Assembly (NCBI GenBank): GCA_943787785.1
Contig: CALSNT010000001.1
Span: 65,423 to 129,422 of the forward strand
From: an uncultured Rhodobacteraceae bacterium
Lineage (GTDB): Bacteria; Pseudomonadota; Alphaproteobacteria; Rhodobacterales; Rhodobacteraceae
Reading direction: 5' to 3'
DNA: 64,000 nucleotides
Within the stretch, counting starts at the first letter, position 1. Each line of letters begins with the position of its first letter. Both the position numbers and the translations under genes were made by a program. This document shows, in pieces, positions 1-12,314 of the stretch. The notes beneath the pieces were generated by a model. It was given only the letters and a program-made list of their open reading frames with translations, ran no database searches and was not told where the DNA came from.

Positions 1-249
1 TGCGCCAATGATGATGGCGCGGCGGTCGCCGAATTTCTCGCCCAATGCGCCGAAGATCGGCTGGCCGATGCCCCAAGCCAGGTTCTGGATCGCTATCGCC
101 ATCGAGAAATCAGCGCGCAGCCAGCCGAAATCTTCGGCAATCGGAATCTGGAAGACTCCGAAGGAGGCACGGATCGAAAACCCGACCATGATGATTAGGC
201 AACCGGCCACCAGGACCGGAGTGATTAGGGGCGCACGGGTCTGTTCCAT
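1..249 (-). CDS. MFS transporter, N-terminal part (runs off window)
   Basis: Absent from the ORF track because it is truncated. Reverse translation from the ATG at 247-249 gives MEQTRAPLITPVLVAGCLIIMVGFSIRASFGVFQIPIAEDFGWLRADFSMAIAIQNLAWGIGQPIFGALGEKFGDRRAIIIGA. This is TM1-TM2 plus an MFS loop-2/3-like GxxxGDRR motif. The forward ORF 8..340 is its antisense shadow. Confidence 0.75.
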   Translation of the reverse strand, partial: MEQTRAPLITPVLVAGCLIIMVGFSIRASFGVFQIPIAEDFGWLRADFSMAIAIQNLAWGIGQPIFGALGEKFGDRRAIIIGA

Positions 250-349
250 GGGCGGCAAGATTAGGCGCATCGTAGGCCGCGTCAATCGCCTTCCCGTTAT
301 GTCGCGGATCACGGTTTCTAATGGCTCGGCGCTGGGCTAGATCGTGGGG

Positions 350-1426
350 ATGAGCGACAGTCTTTCACAGATCTACGCCGCGAAAGTGGCCGACGGTAGG
401 ATCGCTGCCGACCCGGCCCAGCAAGCGGCGATACCGTTGTTGGAGGCGGTAGCGACTGGGTTGACCGAGGTTCCCAAGAAGAAAGGGTTGCTGGCAGGTC
501 TGCGCGCAAGCCAACCCGGTGATGGAGTACGCGGCCTGTATCTTTGGGGCGGGGTCGGGCGCGGTAAGTCGATGCTGATGGACATGTTCTTTAATGCGGT
601 GCCGATTGAGGCGAAACACCGTGTCCATTTCCACGCCTTCATGCAAGAGGTGCAAGCAGGCATCGCGACGGCGCGTAAGGACGGGCTGGACGACGCGATT
701 GCACCTGTCGCCAAAGGAATAGCCGACTCCGCGCGCCTGCTGTGCTTCGACGAAATGCAGATCACCGACATCGCAGATGCAATGATTGTCGGGCGGCTGT
801 TTGAGAAACTGATCGAGGCCGGAGTGACCATCGTCACCACTTCAAACCGCCCGCCCGATGGCCTCTATAAGGACGGATTGAACCGTCAGCTGTTCCTGCC
901 GTTTATTGACCTTCTGAACGCCCGGATGGTGGTTCACGAGCTGGCCGCAGACGCCGACTACAGACAAGGGCGGCTGGCCGGAGAGCGGGTTTATTTCACT
1001 CCCGTCGACGCCGCCGCGCGCGCAGCCATCGACACGATCTGGGGCGAATTGACCGGGGGAAAGGCCGATCCGCTGGAACTTATCGTCAACGGGCGGAGTG
1101 TGGAGATACCCGCTTTTCGCAACGGGGTCGGGAGGGTGACATTTTGGGAGCTTTGCTCAAAACCCCTCGGCCCGGCTGACTACCTCGCAATAGCCAGGGC
1201 CGTACGTGTTTTGGTGCTAGAGGACATCCCACTACTGAGCCGCGAAAACTACAACGAAGCGCGCCGGTTCGTCATCTTGATCGACGCGCTCTACGAGGCA
1301 CGGGTGCGCCTGATCGCCAGCGCCGCCGCTGTGCCCGACCGCCTTTATGTCGAAGGTGAGGGAACTTTCGAGTTTGAACGAACAGCCTCGCGATTGGTGG
1401 AAATGTCGAGTGATGGCTGGGGGTAA
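350..1426 (+). CDS. zapE: AFG1/ZapE-family ATPase
   Basis: Walker A motif in LYLWGGVGRGKSMLMD, Walker B in LLCFDEMQITD, about 358 aa. ATG at 350 preferred over the GTG at 344. Confidence 0.85.
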   Translation: MSDSLSQIYAAKVADGRIAADPAQQAAIPLLEAVATGLTEVPKKKGLLAGLRASQPGDGVRGLYLWGGVGRGKSMLMDMFFNAVPIEAKHRVHFHAFMQEVQAGIATARKDGLDDAIAPVAKGIADSARLLCFDEMQITDIADAMIVGRLFEKLIEAGVTIVTTSNRPPDGLYKDGLNRQLFLPFIDLLNARMVVHELAADADYRQGRLAGERVYFTPVDAAARAAIDTIWGELTGGKADPLELIVNGRSVEIPAFRNGVGRVTFWELCSKPLGPADYLAIARAVRVLVLEDIPLLSRENYNEARRFVILIDALYEARVRLIASAAAVPDRLYVEGEGTFEFERTASRLVEMSSDGWG

Positions 1427-1447
1427 CCCCCGAACCGCTCTACAGCG

Positions 1448-1492
1448 TCTTCTTTTCCCAAATACTCCGGGGTCCGGGGCAGCGCCCCGGCG
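1448..1492 (-). repeat. Intergenic repeat copy A (GC hairpin plus GAGTATTTGGGAAAAGAAGA, reverse orientation)
   Basis: The reverse complement reads ccgccggggcgctgccccgg-accccGGAGTATTTGGGAAAAGAAGA. Same core as the copies at 14361, 19961, 29590, 44684 and 55306. Confidence 0.6.
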
Positions 1493-1512
1493 GCCAGCCG
1501 GAAACGCCCTGC

Positions 1513-2784
1513 TTAATCGTTCAAGCGGATCACATGCCCCGCCAGATAGAGCGAGCCGCAAATCAGGATGCGCGCGCCGGGCTGAGCAGAGGCAATGTCG
1601 CCAAGCGCTTGTGCCACCGAAGCAGCAGTCAATGCCGCAAACCCCACCGAGCGCGCCGCCGCAGCCGTCTCGTCGGCACCGAGTGTCGCGGCCTCTCCGG
1701 GGATCGACACAGCGGTCAGGCTATCGGCAACCTCAACCAGCGGGCGCATGTATCCGGCGACGTCTTTCGTATTTAACATCCCGCAGACCAGATGTGTCTC
1801 GCGCTGCGGCAGGCTTGCCAATGTCGCCGCGACTGCGTGACCTGCCGCAGGGTTGTGACCTCCGTCCAGCCAAAGCTCGCAGTCCGGAACCAAGTCGACC
1901 AAAGCACCGCTACGCAACCGTTGCATCCGGGCGGGCCAATCCGGTGACACGACGGCGGCCTGCGCCGACGCCTCGCCCACTTCAAGGTGCCGCAGGGCCG
2001 CCAGTGCCATGCCCGCATTGTCGATTTGATGCGTGCCGGGCAGAGTTGGCAATGGAAGGTCGAGCAAACCCGTCTCGTCCTGATAAACCATTCGCCCACG
2101 TTCCTCCCAGACATGCCAGTGCTGCCCATAGGCCAAAATCGGTGCGCCAAGCGCATTGGCGCGGGCCTCGATCACCTCTAGCGCCTCATCATGCTGCCGA
2201 CCGACAACCACAGGGACACCACGCTTGACGATCCCGGCCTTCTCACCGGCGATTTCGGCCAGCGTGTCGCCCAGAAAATGCTGGTGATCCAGATCGACCG
2301 GAGTGACCACGGACAGGATCGGATCAACAACGTTAGTGGCGTCCAGGCGCCCGCCAAGACCAACCTCTAGCAGTGTGTAGTCTGCCTCGGCCCGAGCGAA
2401 GGCCAGCAAGGCGGCACAGGTTGTGATCTCGAAATAGGTGATCGGCACATCACCGTTGGCGCGTTCGCATTCATCCAGAACAGCCGTCAGATCGCTTTCA
2501 GATATCAGCTCTTCCGCCAAACGAATGCGCTCATGAAATCGAGCGAGATGTGGCGAGGTATAGGCGTGGACCCGGTGCCCGGCCGATTCCAAACCGGCGC
2601 GGATCATTGCCTGTGTTGATCCCTTGCCGTTGGTGCCGGCAATATGGATCACAGGCGGCAGATCGCCTTCCGGATGGCCGAGTGCTTCCAGCAATCGCCA
2701 CATCCGGTCCAGTGTCAGGTCGATGATCTTGGGATGCAGCGACATCATCCTCTCAAGGATGATGTCCGATGTTTCGACGCTCAC
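1513..2784 (-). CDS. folC: Bifunctional folylpolyglutamate synthase / dihydrofolate synthase
   Basis: Mur-ligase P-loop [11 protein letters not shown], 423 aa. The GTG start overlaps the accD stop (GTGA), the classical accD-folC arrangement. Confidence 0.9.
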   Translation of the reverse strand: MSVETSDIILERMMSLHPKIIDLTLDRMWRLLEALGHPEGDLPPVIHIAGTNGKGSTQAMIRAGLESAGHRVHAYTSPHLARFHERIRLAEELISESDLTAVLDECERANGDVPITYFEITTCAALLAFARAEADYTLLEVGLGGRLDATNVVDPILSVVTPVDLDHQHFLGDTLAEIAGEKAGIVKRGVPVVVGRQHDEALEVIEARANALGAPILAYGQHWHVWEERGRMVYQDETGLLDLPLPTLPGTHQIDNAGMALAALRHLEVGEASAQAAVVSPDWPARMQRLRSGALVDLVPDCELWLDGGHNPAAGHAVAATLASLPQRETHLVCGMLNTKDVAGYMRPLVEVADSLTAVSIPGEAATLGADETAAAARSVGFAALTAASVAQALGDIASAQPGARILICGSLYLAGHVIRLND

Positions 2785-3791
2785 GCCTTGGCTTTGTCTT
2801 TGGAGGTGGCTTTGGGGTCAGCCTTGTCGTCTGCCGCCGCCGCAGATGCGCCATCGCCATCATCGGCCTGCGTTTCTTTCTTCGCGACACCCGGCGCTTC
2901 TTCAACGGACGGAGCAGGCAGGTCGCCCGCAACAGCTGGCGGCATGCCCAGAAGAGCCCGCGTGATCGAAATCAGTTCTCCACGCAATTCGCGGCGATGG
3001 GTAACGCGGTCGAGCATTCCATGGTCCAGAAGATATTCGGCGCGCTGGAAGCCCTCGGGAAGCTTTTCGCGGATGGTTTGTTCGATGACCCTTGGACCTG
3101 CAAAGCAGATCAGAGCATTCGGCTCGGCAATCTGCACGTCGCCCAGCATCGCGTAGCTGGCGGTCACTCCCGCCGGTCGTCGGATGGGTCAGCACGACGA
3201 TGTAGGGCAGCCCAGCCTCTTTCAGCATCTCGATGGCGACCGTGGTTCGGGGCATTTGCATCAGGCTGAGGATACCTTCCTGCATCCGCGCGCCACCTGC
3301 TGCGGAAAACAGGATCAGCGGGCGCTTTAATTCGACGGCACGCTCGGCGGCGGCGACGATTGCGTTGCCCACATACATCCCCATCGAGCCGGCCATGAAT
3401 GAGAAAGTCCTGCGCCGCCGCGACAATCGGCGTGCGCCCCATCTCGCCCTCGGCGACAAGCATCGCCTCGGCCTCGCCAGTCGACTTTCCGCGCGTCTTT
3501 AAGGCGTTGGGGATAGGCTTTCTGGTCGCGGAAATGCAGCGGGTCGGCCAGCGGTTCCGGCACCTTGACCTGGACAAAAATACCACCATCAAAAAGCGCT
3601 TCGAACCGGTCGCGGGGCAACAATTGCATGTGGTGATCACAGTTGGTGCAGACGTGCTGACTGTCGTGCAACTCGCGGTGAAACAGCATGGTGCCGCACT
3701 CAGGGCACTTGCTCCAGAGGTTCTCTGGCACCTCGCGGCGGGAAAACAACGAGTTGATTTTGGGCCGGACGTAGTTCGAAATCCAGTTCAT
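2781..3791 (-). pseudogene. accD: Acetyl-CoA carboxylase carboxyltransferase beta subunit, split by 3 single-base frame disruptions
   Basis: The N-terminal Zn ribbon (CPECGTMLFHRELHDSQHVCTNCDHH) is in ORF 3327..3791. [28 protein letters not shown] is in the frame of 3164..3640. [16 protein letters not shown]...THPTTGG is in 2902..3459. [31 protein letters not shown] is in 2781..3167. Breaks lie near 3489, 3405 and 3177. The first and last frames are identical, so the net shift is 0. Confidence 0.85.
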
Positions 3792-3855
3792 CGGCTGGTA
3801 TGCCCCTGCAGGAGTGTTTGGCAGATGACTTAGGCGCAGGCGCGCGCGAATGCAA

Positions 3856-4782
3856 TCAACGCCGCACGGCGCGACGGCATACGGCCCATGCGGCCAGTGT
3901 CGTCAGCAGGTCGATTGCAAAGGTTGCGGCAATGGGCGCATCATCAATGCCGTAAGGGGTCAGGTATAACGCCAGGCCCGGAATCGTTCCGTCGGTCGCT
4001 AAAACCAGCACAGCCAGCGCATTATTGGCAAAATGGAAGCCCCAGGCCGCGCCGATACTACCGGACACCCGTGTCAGATCGGCCGCTGCAAACCCGAATA
4101 GGGTCGCCCAGCCGACCACGAGCCAGCGGCTGGCAGGGGCAACTTCAGGCTGGTAATGGAGCGCACCAAAGGCAATCGCGGTGACGGTCATCCAGACCCA
4201 CGGCTGGGCAAACCGCGCCGCCATTTGCTTCGCGAGATAGCCGCGAAACAGAACCTCCTCGGCACCGGTCTGCAGCAGGATGCCAACCACGGCCAGCGGC
4301 AGGAACAAGAACCACATCTGTGGCGGAATATTTGGCACCGCATGGAAGTTGACGGACCATATCGACACGGACACCGCCATGATCAGCGCAACTATGACGG
4401 CCGTCACCGCGAAATCGCGGGCGGCAACGCGCAACGGGCCGATGACAGACAAGAATCGACGCTTATGCAGCAGTTTTGCTGCCAGCATCGGGCCGAGAGC
4501 CATACCGGCGAACGACAGCATCAACAGAAGTGCGCCCGTCGGGCTAAGCGCTTTAACGAACAGATTGATCCAATCCGGGAACGCTTCTGCACCAACGAAC
4601 CAGTACATCACGCCGACTTGCAGACCGATCAGAACCAACATCGTCACCGCAATCAGCAGAACGCCCAGCACCAGCCGCCAGAGTTGTGGATGTGTTCTGG
4701 CCGGGGCCACGAAAGCCTCAAACGCGGAGCTATGTGTTGCCACGGTGGGTGGGGTCGATGGAGTATCGGTGGTAGCGGACAT
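3856..4782 (-). CDS. CPBP-family intramembrane glutamic endopeptidase (CAAX protease-like)
   Basis: Polytopic membrane protein with the EEVLFRGYL motif and a later FGALH / FHFANN motif, typical of the CPBP/Abi family. Confidence 0.8.
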   Translation of the reverse strand: MSATTDTPSTPPTVATHSSAFEAFVAPARTHPQLWRLVLGVLLIAVTMLVLIGLQVGVMYWFVGAEAFPDWINLFVKALSPTGALLLMLSFAGMALGPMLAAKLLHKRRFLSVIGPLRVAARDFAVTAVIVALIMAVSVSIWSVNFHAVPNIPPQMWFLFLPLAVVGILLQTGAEEVLFRGYLAKQMAARFAQPWVWMTVTAIAFGALHYQPEVAPASRWLVVGWATLFGFAAADLTRVSGSIGAAWGFHFANNALAVLVLATDGTIPGLALYLTPYGIDDAPIAATFAIDLLTTLAAWAVCRRAVRR

Positions 4783-4848
4783 AGGATAGGCTGCCTGTAT
4801 TTGCGCCTAGGTTAACCGGCGGCGATTGGGCGATGCAATCTGAAGTCA

Positions 4849-4895
4849 CACAATCAAGGCGCGAAGTCTGTGGATAACTTCGTGCACAGATTGTG
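4849..4895. promoter_or_regulatory. 47-nt nested imperfect palindrome in the divergent CPBP/ilvD intergenic region
   Basis: CACAATC (4849-4855) pairs with GATTGTG (4889-4895). The inner CGAAGT (4862-4867) pairs with ACTTCG (4877-4882). Confidence 0.3.
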
Positions 4896-4997
4896 CTTCG
4901 AGGCGAACCAAACGATCCGCAAACGAACCTTGTGTCGCGATGGGCCGCACACTATTCCCGGTGACGATCAATTGCGATGCTGCACGAGGGGACCCCG

Positions 4998-6731
4998 ATG
5001 TTGAAAAACAAGACTGACAAGACGCATCTGCCAAGCCGTCATGTGACTGAAGGCCCGTCCCGCGCGCCGCACCGGTCGTATTTCTACGCGATGGACCTGA
5101 CCGAAGAGCAGATCGACCAGCCCTTCGTTGGCGTCGCCACCTGCTGGAACGAGGCTGCACCCTGCAACATCGCGCTGAACTGGCAGGCACAGTCGGTCAA
5201 AAAGGGTGTGCTGGCGGCCAATGGCACGCCGCGCGAATTCACGACAATCACCGTCACCGACGGCATCGCGATGGGGCATGAGGGGATGCGCTCATCGCTC
5301 GCCAGTCGTGAGGCGATTGCCGACACCGTGGAACTGACGATGCGCGGCCACTGCTATGACGCGATTGTGGGGCTGGCCGGCTGCGACAAGTCGCTGCCGG
5401 GGATGATGATGGCGATGGTCCGGCTGAACACGCCCTCGGTCTTCATGTACGGGGGGTCGATCCTGCCGGGTCAGTACCAGGGCCGCGACATTACTGTTCA
5501 GGACATGTTCGAGGCGGTCGGCAAGTATCAGGCAGGCCAGCTCAGCGATGAGGAGCTCGCCATCATGGAGCGCGTCGCCTGCCCATCCGCCGGCGCTTGT
5601 GGCGGCCAGTTTACCGCCAACACGATGGCCTGCGTGTCCGAGGCGATCGGTCTGGCATTGTTCAATTCATCCGGCATGCCCGCGCCTTACGAAAGCCGTG
5701 GCGAATATGGCGTTGCTTCGGGCGAGGCGGTGATGAGCCTGCTGGAGAAAAACATCCGCGCCCGCGACGTGGTAACGCTGAAGTCGCTGGAAAACGCCGC
5801 GCGCGTCGTGGCCTGCACCGGTGGGTCGACCAACGCCGGTCTGCACCTACCGGCTATTGCGCACGAGGCCGGGATCGATTTCACGTTGCAGGACGTCTGT
5901 GAGATTTTCCGCGACACGCCCTATTTCGTCGACATGAAGCCCGGCGGGCAGTTTGTGGCGAAAGACCTCTATGAAGCAGGCGGAGTGCCGGTGGTGATGA
6001 AGGAATTGCGCAAGGCGGGCCTGATGCACGAAGACTGCATGACCGCCTCGGGCCGGACCATGGGCGAGGAGCTGGATCGCGTGATAGGTGATGCAGACGG
6101 GCGGGTGATCCACTCGGTCGCGACGCCGATCACCAAGACAGGTGGAGTGGTTGGATTGATGGGCAACCTTGCCCCCGACGGCGCCATCGTGAAGGTCGCG
6201 GGCATGAGCGAAGCCGAGCAAGTATTTACCGGCCCGGCCCGCGTGTTCGAGTGCGAGGAGGATGCCTTCGAAGCCGTAAAAGCACGCAGCTACGAAGAAG
6301 GCGAGGTTCTGGTGATCCGTAATGAAGGCCCCGCCGGTGGGCCGGGCATGCGCGAGATGCTCGCCACCACTGCCGCGCTGTCCGGGCAAGGTATGGGCAA
6401 AAAAGTTGCGCTGATCACGGACGGACGGTTTTCGGGCGCAACACGGGGTTTCTGCGTCGGGCACGTTGGGCCGGAAGCGGCCCATTGCGGGCCAATTGCC
6501 TTGGTTGAGAACGGTGACATGATTACCATTGACGCCATCAAGGGTGAGATTTCGGTGGATGTCAGCGACGCCGACATGGCCAAGCGGAAAGAGGCCTGGG
6601 GCGGCGCGCGCGAAACCATTTATTCCTCGGGCGCGCTGTGGAAATACGCGCAACTTGTCGGACCGACCCGGCTGGGGGCGGTGACACATCCCGGTGCCGC
6701 GGCCGAGCGTCACGTCTACATGGACCTGTAA
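4998..6731 (+). CDS. ilvD: Dihydroxy-acid dehydratase (IlvD/Edd family)
   Basis: [22 protein letters not shown]..., [11 protein letters not shown] and GGSTNAGLH motifs, about 577 aa. Start taken at MLKNK. Confidence 0.9.
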   Translation: MLKNKTDKTHLPSRHVTEGPSRAPHRSYFYAMDLTEEQIDQPFVGVATCWNEAAPCNIALNWQAQSVKKGVLAANGTPREFTTITVTDGIAMGHEGMRSSLASREAIADTVELTMRGHCYDAIVGLAGCDKSLPGMMMAMVRLNTPSVFMYGGSILPGQYQGRDITVQDMFEAVGKYQAGQLSDEELAIMERVACPSAGACGGQFTANTMACVSEAIGLALFNSSGMPAPYESRGEYGVASGEAVMSLLEKNIRARDVVTLKSLENAARVVACTGGSTNAGLHLPAIAHEAGIDFTLQDVCEIFRDTPYFVDMKPGGQFVAKDLYEAGGVPVVMKELRKAGLMHEDCMTASGRTMGEELDRVIGDADGRVIHSVATPITKTGGVVGLMGNLAPDGAIVKVAGMSEAEQVFTGPARVFECEEDAFEAVKARSYEEGEVLVIRNEGPAGGPGMREMLATTAALSGQGMGKKVALITDGRFSGATRGFCVGHVGPEAAHCGPIALVENGDMITIDAIKGEISVDVSDADMAKRKEAWGGARETIYSSGALWKYAQLVGPTRLGAVTHPGAAAERHVYMDL

Positions 6732-6763
6732 GGCAAAAAGCAGTGGGGACCGGTCTCAGACAG

Positions 6764-7498
6764 GTGGTGTCACGGCGCGTTCTGGCGCGCTGGACCCGGC
6801 TTGCCGATGCCGCCCCGACCATCCCGGCGGGCCGGTTGCGGCCCCTGCGCGCGCTGGCCGTTGAATTGCGTGCGCGCCTGGACCGGCTGATTGCCGGCGC
6901 GGATGCGCGGCTGGGCAGCGTGACGCCTGCGCCGGTTGCTGCCCCGCTCAACACAGACTGGACATGGCGGCCGGCCGCCTGGATCGACCCGATCCGCCCC
7001 GCGACGCTTGGCGACGTCGCCGACAAAACCGCGTTCGGTCCAGAGGCGACGGTGTTCCACGACGCCCGGAATTCCAACGTCCTGCTGCGCCAGACCTCCG
7101 CGACGAGCCATGACGCCTCCGCTCCGTTTTTGGTATCTGTGGCCGCTTACAGGTTCGACGGAACTTTCCTGTCGATGGTATTCGACTTGCCCGAGGCTGC
7201 GACAAAGGGACTCAACCGCCGCTATGTCATTCGGATGGTGCCGGTGATCGAGACCGAACATCCGACCGAGGTCTTTGCCCGCCTCAACATCAGCCACGGC
7301 CCGAACACCGAACAGGTGGTCCGCGAGGTTCCGATGCAGGCCGAAGACAAGGCGGTGGAGTTCGACCTTGCCTATACCAAATTGAACGAAAAGCGCGTGG
7401 ACCGGCTGTGGCTGGACTTTATCATCGGCCAGCCGCGGATGAACCGGGTTACGATCCACGATCTGACCTTCAGCCGCCGTCCGCGGGCAGAATTGTGA
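6764..7498 (+). CDS. Conserved hypothetical protein
   Basis: Long ORF with coding-like composition and no domain I can name. The GTG start at 6764 is chosen to avoid overlapping ilvD. It is followed 8 nt later by the next ORF. Confidence 0.55.
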   Translation: MVSRRVLARWTRLADAAPTIPAGRLRPLRALAVELRARLDRLIAGADARLGSVTPAPVAAPLNTDWTWRPAAWIDPIRPATLGDVADKTAFGPEATVFHDARNSNVLLRQTSATSHDASAPFLVSVAAYRFDGTFLSMVFDLPEAATKGLNRRYVIRMVPVIETEHPTEVFARLNISHGPNTEQVVREVPMQAEDKAVEFDLAYTKLNEKRVDRLWLDFIIGQPRMNRVTIHDLTFSRRPRAEL

Positions 7499-7505
7499 GG
7501 GGGCG

Positions 7506-9994
<2,489 letters not shown>

Positions 9995-10036
9995 CGCGAT
10001 CTTGCCAAGACCGGGTACATCCCACAGGGTCGCGCG

Positions 10037-10948
10037 ATGGTTTTCGCCAGCATCTTTGCGGGGTTGTTCCCCAGTTTTCTGATGGTCGTTTTGGGCCGAT
10101 TTGTGCGCGGGCGGTTGTCTGCAAACGCCTGGCAGGGTTTGGATAAACTCAATTTTGAGGTGCTGTTTCCCGCCCTGCTTTTCACCGCAGCGGCGTCTCG
10201 CCCGATTGATCCGGCGAAAGTCCTGACCATCGGGCCAGCCGTCTGGCTTATCCTGTTGGTCGGACTGATCGCCGGCTATGGCGCGCGGCGCTTCGGGCCT
10301 GAGTCATTTCTGGACTTCGCAGGCTCTTGGCAATGCGCCTGGCGTTTCAATACGGCGATGGGGTTTGTGGCTGTCGCAACCCTGACCAAAGCCGATGCCG
10401 CGATCATGGCCGTAGTTGCTGGACTGGCCGTGCCGATGGCGAACGTATTTGCGGTTTCTGCCCTCGGTCGCGGTGGCAGACTTGGGTTCTCCGGGACGGT
10501 GCGGCGGGTCGCGCTGAATCCTTTCTTGCTGGCCAGCCTCAGTGGCGTTCTGGTCGGTCTGTCTGGAATCGTCGTTCCCGCTTTGTTTTTGGCCCCGTTG
10601 CAACTTTTGGCGCAAGCGGCAATTCCGGTTGCACTGATTTCGGTCGGTGCCACCATGAATTGGGCAGCGTTGGCGCGATTGAACCTGTTCTCGACTTTCA
10701 TCACCGCGACAAAATTGATCCTGCTGCCACTCGTCACCTGGGGCGCTGCGCTTGCCCTTGGAATGGAGGGCGCGACGCCAGCGGTCCTCACGGTTTTTGC
10801 CGCGTTACCAACAGCTTCGGCTGCACATGTCCTGGCGGGGGGCTTCGGTGCCAATCGTGAATTGTCGGCAACTCTGGTGGCTCAATCAACGCTTCTGGCC
10901 GCCGTCACATTGCCCCTTTGGATCGTCCTGATCGAGCTTAGCTTCTAG
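10037..10948 (+). CDS. AEC (auxin efflux carrier) family transporter
   Basis: 303-aa polytopic membrane protein with two 5-TM halves, typical of AEC/Mem_trans proteins. Confidence 0.7.
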   Translation: MVFASIFAGLFPSFLMVVLGRFVRGRLSANAWQGLDKLNFEVLFPALLFTAAASRPIDPAKVLTIGPAVWLILLVGLIAGYGARRFGPESFLDFAGSWQCAWRFNTAMGFVAVATLTKADAAIMAVVAGLAVPMANVFAVSALGRGGRLGFSGTVRRVALNPFLLASLSGVLVGLSGIVVPALFLAPLQLLAQAAIPVALISVGATMNWAALARLNLFSTFITATKLILLPLVTWGAALALGMEGATPAVLTVFAALPTASAAHVLAGGFGANRELSATLVAQSTLLAAVTLPLWIVLIELSF

Positions 10949-11075
10949 GCAGAATCTGGTTTCCAAACCCACGACAGTCTTATCACGACCCCGGTATTGT
11001 CGGGCAATCTCCGCATTTCCGCCCTAGTTCGCCGTCATACCCGACCAAACGGGGGCGCATCAGCGAGTAGTAACG

Positions 11076-11981
11076 ATGGACAGACTGACCGAAATGGAAG
11101 CTTTTGCGACTGTCGTGGACCAAGGTGGGTTCACAGACGCCGCGCGCCGAATGGGAATCTCCAAGTCGGCGGTATCCAAGCATGTTTCGTCACTGGAAGC
11201 ACGCCTCGGTGCCCGTCTGCTGAACCGTACCACCCGGCGGGTATCGCCGACGGAAATTGGTTTGGCCTACTACGACCGTGCGCGTCGCGTGCTCAATGAT
11301 GCAGGCGAAGCGGACTCTTTGGTCACCGCTATGCAGTCGGCGCCATCAGGTCTGCTTAGGATTTCAGTCGCAACGGATTTCGGGGCCAATCATCTGAGCC
11401 CGATAATCGGCGAATTCCTTCAGGCTCATCCTGACATCACCGTGAATATGGTGCTGAACAACCGCTACGTTGAACTGATCTCGGAAGGGTTCGACATGGC
11501 TGTGCGGATCGGCGAGCTGGAAGATTCCAGCCTGCGCGCCCGTAAGTTGACCGAGACGACGCGCCGGATGATCGCCGCACCCAGCTATTTCGAACAGCAT
11601 GGCCGGCCGCAAAAAATCGACGATCTGAACGACCATAAGCTGCTGCATTATTCCAATCAGGCAAATGCTGCCGTCTGGAAGTTGACCGCGCCATCGGGCG
11701 AAAAGCGTCAGGTTCGTACGGCGGGCTGGTTGACGGTCAACGACGGGCAGTCACTGCTGAACGCAGCGATCTCGGGCCTTGGCATCGCATACCTGCCTTC
11801 GTTCCTGTACGAAGATGCGCTGGCCAAAGGGTTGGTTGAAGAAGCAATTCCGGGCCTGCCGGTCGAGACGCAGGGTATTTATGCCGTCTATCCTCCGGGG
11901 CGTTTCACGCAACCGAAAGTGCGGGCGTTCATTGATTTTCTGGTTGGAGCGTTTTCTGAGCAGGAATCTGTTGCCGCCTGA
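11076..11981 (+). CDS. LysR-family transcriptional regulator
   Basis: N-terminal wHTH (MDRLTEMEAFATVVDQGGFTDAARRMGISKSAVSKHVSSLEARLG) plus a LysR substrate-binding domain, 301 aa. Confidence 0.9.
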   Translation: MDRLTEMEAFATVVDQGGFTDAARRMGISKSAVSKHVSSLEARLGARLLNRTTRRVSPTEIGLAYYDRARRVLNDAGEADSLVTAMQSAPSGLLRISVATDFGANHLSPIIGEFLQAHPDITVNMVLNNRYVELISEGFDMAVRIGELEDSSLRARKLTETTRRMIAAPSYFEQHGRPQKIDDLNDHKLLHYSNQANAAVWKLTAPSGEKRQVRTAGWLTVNDGQSLLNAAISGLGIAYLPSFLYEDALAKGLVEEAIPGLPVETQGIYAVYPPGRFTQPKVRAFIDFLVGAFSEQESVAA

Positions 11982-12014
11982 GCGGCCCTGCAGATCAGAC
12001 CCTGACGACGGGCC

Positions 12015-12203
12015 TCAGTACGCCATCGCCCCCTGAATGATCGGCAAAACGGTTGCCGCGACCAATCCGACGACCGCACCGATCCCAAGACTCATTGGCA
12101 AAGCGCCCAGTTTCGGCCCGGCGGCGCCAAGAAGCCCGCAGACAATTGCGTAAAATCCCAAAGAAATCGGTTCCATCTCGCGACGTTGCCATGCGTCAGG
12201 CAT
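12015..12203 (-). CDS. Small two-TM membrane protein (hypothetical)
   Basis: 62-aa ORF with Gly/Ala/Leu-rich hydrophobic segments. The start could instead be MEPIS at 12176. Confidence 0.35.
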   Translation of the reverse strand: MPDAWQRREMEPISLGFYAIVCGLLGAAGPKLGALPMSLGIGAVVGLVAATVLPIIQGAMAY

Positions 12204-12314
12204 TTGTGAAGCCTGCGGTTACATCAACTGTCTGCGATAACGCCCACCCGCGCTGTTGACGGCGGGAATAAAAACGTCACGGTAGTCGGGCTAACCAATG
12301 CGCGGCTAACGCGC

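Noticed and set aside
8-340. 110-aa forward ORF at the window start
   Set aside because: It is Arg/Pro/Ile-rich with no motif. The opposite strand encodes a clean MFS transporter N-terminus (1..249), so this is an antisense shadow ORF.
1347-2228. 293-aa forward ORF overlapping folC
   Set aside because: It has extreme Arg/Pro/Ser/Ala composition typical of out-of-frame or antisense reading of a high-GC gene. folC on the minus strand has clear Mur-ligase motifs.
2781-3791. Programmed ribosomal frameshifting as an explanation for the accD (and other) frame breaks
   Set aside because: The break points have no slippery heptamers or downstream pseudoknot-like structures. Three shifts within 320 nt, and similar clusters in unrelated genes, are not compatible with a programmed mechanism.
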